Shown piece after piece: positions 62,428-64,000 of a DNA stretch of 64,000 bases. Position numbers and translations under genes: made by a program. Source of the DNA: Callorhinchus milii. Taxonomy: Eukaryota. Within the stretch, counting starts at the first letter, position 1. The number at the start of each line of letters is the position of its first letter. The stretch covers positions 80,292,001 through 80,356,000 of the forward strand of contig NW_024704742.1 of NCBI RefSeq assembly GCF_018977255.1, read 5' to 3'. The notes below the pieces were generated by a model, which worked only from the letters and a program-made list of their open reading frames with translations, did no database searches and was not told where the DNA came from.

Positions 62428-64000
62428 CAACAACAAAAAGATTACATTTGTATAGCGCCTTTCATGTCAGGAGGACGTCTCAAGCTGCTGGACAGTGTAC
62501 AGCGTTTCAGACCGGAGCTGTGGCCAGGGGGAAGGAAGGGAGGGGAGGAGAAGGGGGGNTGGCCGATGGCATGGTCGAAGAGGAGGGTCTTGAGGTAGGA
62601 CTTGAAGGAGGCTAAGGAGGGGGCAAGGCAGAGTGATTGGGGGATGGAATTCCAAAGGTTGGGGGGCAGAATGGCTGAAGGCTCTCCTGCCAATGAAGGC
62701 AGAGCGGGTCATGGCTTGAATGTGGGGGAGAAAAGACAGTTGAGGGTCGAACAAGACCCCTAGGTTCCTGACTGTCTTGGTGAGTTGTAGTGTGCAACCA
62801 TGGAGGTTGATGGTGCCAGAGCCTGAGGTGCTGAGGCGCTGGCGTGAGCCAATTAGGAGGGCCTCAGTCTTGTTCACATTCAACTGTAGGAAATTTGCCC
62901 TCATCCAGGACTTGATGTCCGACAGACAGTCTGTCAGGACAGCAGTGGTCCGGGAGTTGAGGGTGGAGGCAGAAAGAGTTGGGTGTCATCCGCATACATG
63001 TGGAAGTTGACTCCATATCTGCGGATGATGTCACCAAAGGGGGAGGCTGCAGATATTAAAGAGGAGAGGGCGAAGAACAGAGCCCTGGGGGACATCAGAC
63101 GTGACAGTGTGGGGGCTGGAGCAGAAACCGTTAGAGGCAATGAAGTGGAGACGATGAGAGAGTTAGGAATCGAACCAGACAAGGGCAGGTAAGTGAAGAT
63201 TGAGTAAAGCAGAGAGGCGGTGTATGAGGATGGAGTGGTCGACAGTGTCGAAGGCAGCAGAGAGGTTGTGAAAGACAAGGAGGCAGAGGGAGCCCTGATC
63301 ACAGATGTTCAGAATGTGATTAGTGACTTTGACCAGGGCTGTTTCCGTGCTGTGGGCAGCACGGAAGCCGGATTGGAGGGGTTCAAAGAGGGAATGGCGA
63401 GAGAGAAAGGAGTGGAGCTGGGACGCGACAACTCGTTCCAGGACCTTGGAGAGGAATGGGAGGTTAGAGATGGGGCAGTAGCTGGAGAGGAGGGATGGAT
63501 CCAGGGAAGGTTTTTTCAGGATGGGGGTGATGATGGCTGTTTTAGTGGGGTGGGAACTGAACCGGTGGACAGGGAGAGGTTGATGACATCGGAAAGGAGG
63601 GGGGCCAGAAGGTGGAACTTGGAGACAAGGAGAGAGGTGGGGATGGGATTGAGGGAGCAGGTGGTGGGTTTGAGTTTGTGGACAGTTTTGATGAGGGAGG
63701 AGGGAGAGATAGGGTCGAAGGAGTATGGGGGGGCGGATGGGTGGGTGTTGGGTCATGAGGAAAGATGATGTGGGGGTGGCTGTGGACGGGGCTGAGGTGG
63801 CTGAATGTATACCCTCGATTTTAGATTCGAGGAAGTCCAGCATCTCCTCACAGTTGGAGTTTGAGGAGAGGATGGGCGAGGTATGGGAAGGTGGATGGAG
63901 GAGACAGCTCGTGATGGAAAAGAGAAGCCGGGGGTTGTCCTTTGCCTCCAAGATAACCTTGGAGTAGAAGGAGGATTTGGCGGAGCAAGAGCGCAGCGGT
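62428..64000 (-). mobile_element. L2 LINE with an internal deletion, running off the window
   Basis: [38 protein letters not shown]; jumps from TRSAF directly to IGRRAFSH. Confidence 0.93.

Overview
Vertebrate genomic DNA, most likely from a cartilaginous fish (inferred from the L2/CR1/DeuSINE/tRNA-SINE repeat landscape; a chimaera is plausible but not provable from this window). The only recognisable host gene is F11R (JAM-A), on the + strand at 911-6876. Nine GT-AG coding exons, including a 13-nt microexon, splice into an intact V-Ig + C2-Ig + TM + PDZ-motif (-SSFVV) protein. The signal-peptide exon is not in the window. Its introns are packed with CT/GA simple repeats, which stop abruptly near 7.1 kb. 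The remaining ~57 kb has no recognisable host gene and is a transposon graveyard: many L2 copies (one young copy with a near-intact RT frame), CR1 fragments, tRNA(Ala)-headed SINEs and DeuSINEs sharing an L2-type tail, a solo LTR with an internal 39-bp array, an R4/Dong-type endonuclease relic, a decayed hAT transposase, an 88-bp Tc1/mariner-type MITE, and an unclassified CCHC-finger LINE with a long 3' UTR, one copy of which has a twin-priming-type 5' inversion. I found no CRISPR array or prokaryote-like system and no clearly new biological system. The best leads are the unclassified LINE and its inversion, complementary CT/GA tracts bracketing the F11R TM exon and microexon, and a local templated duplication/inversion. 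Repeat coordinates are approximate.
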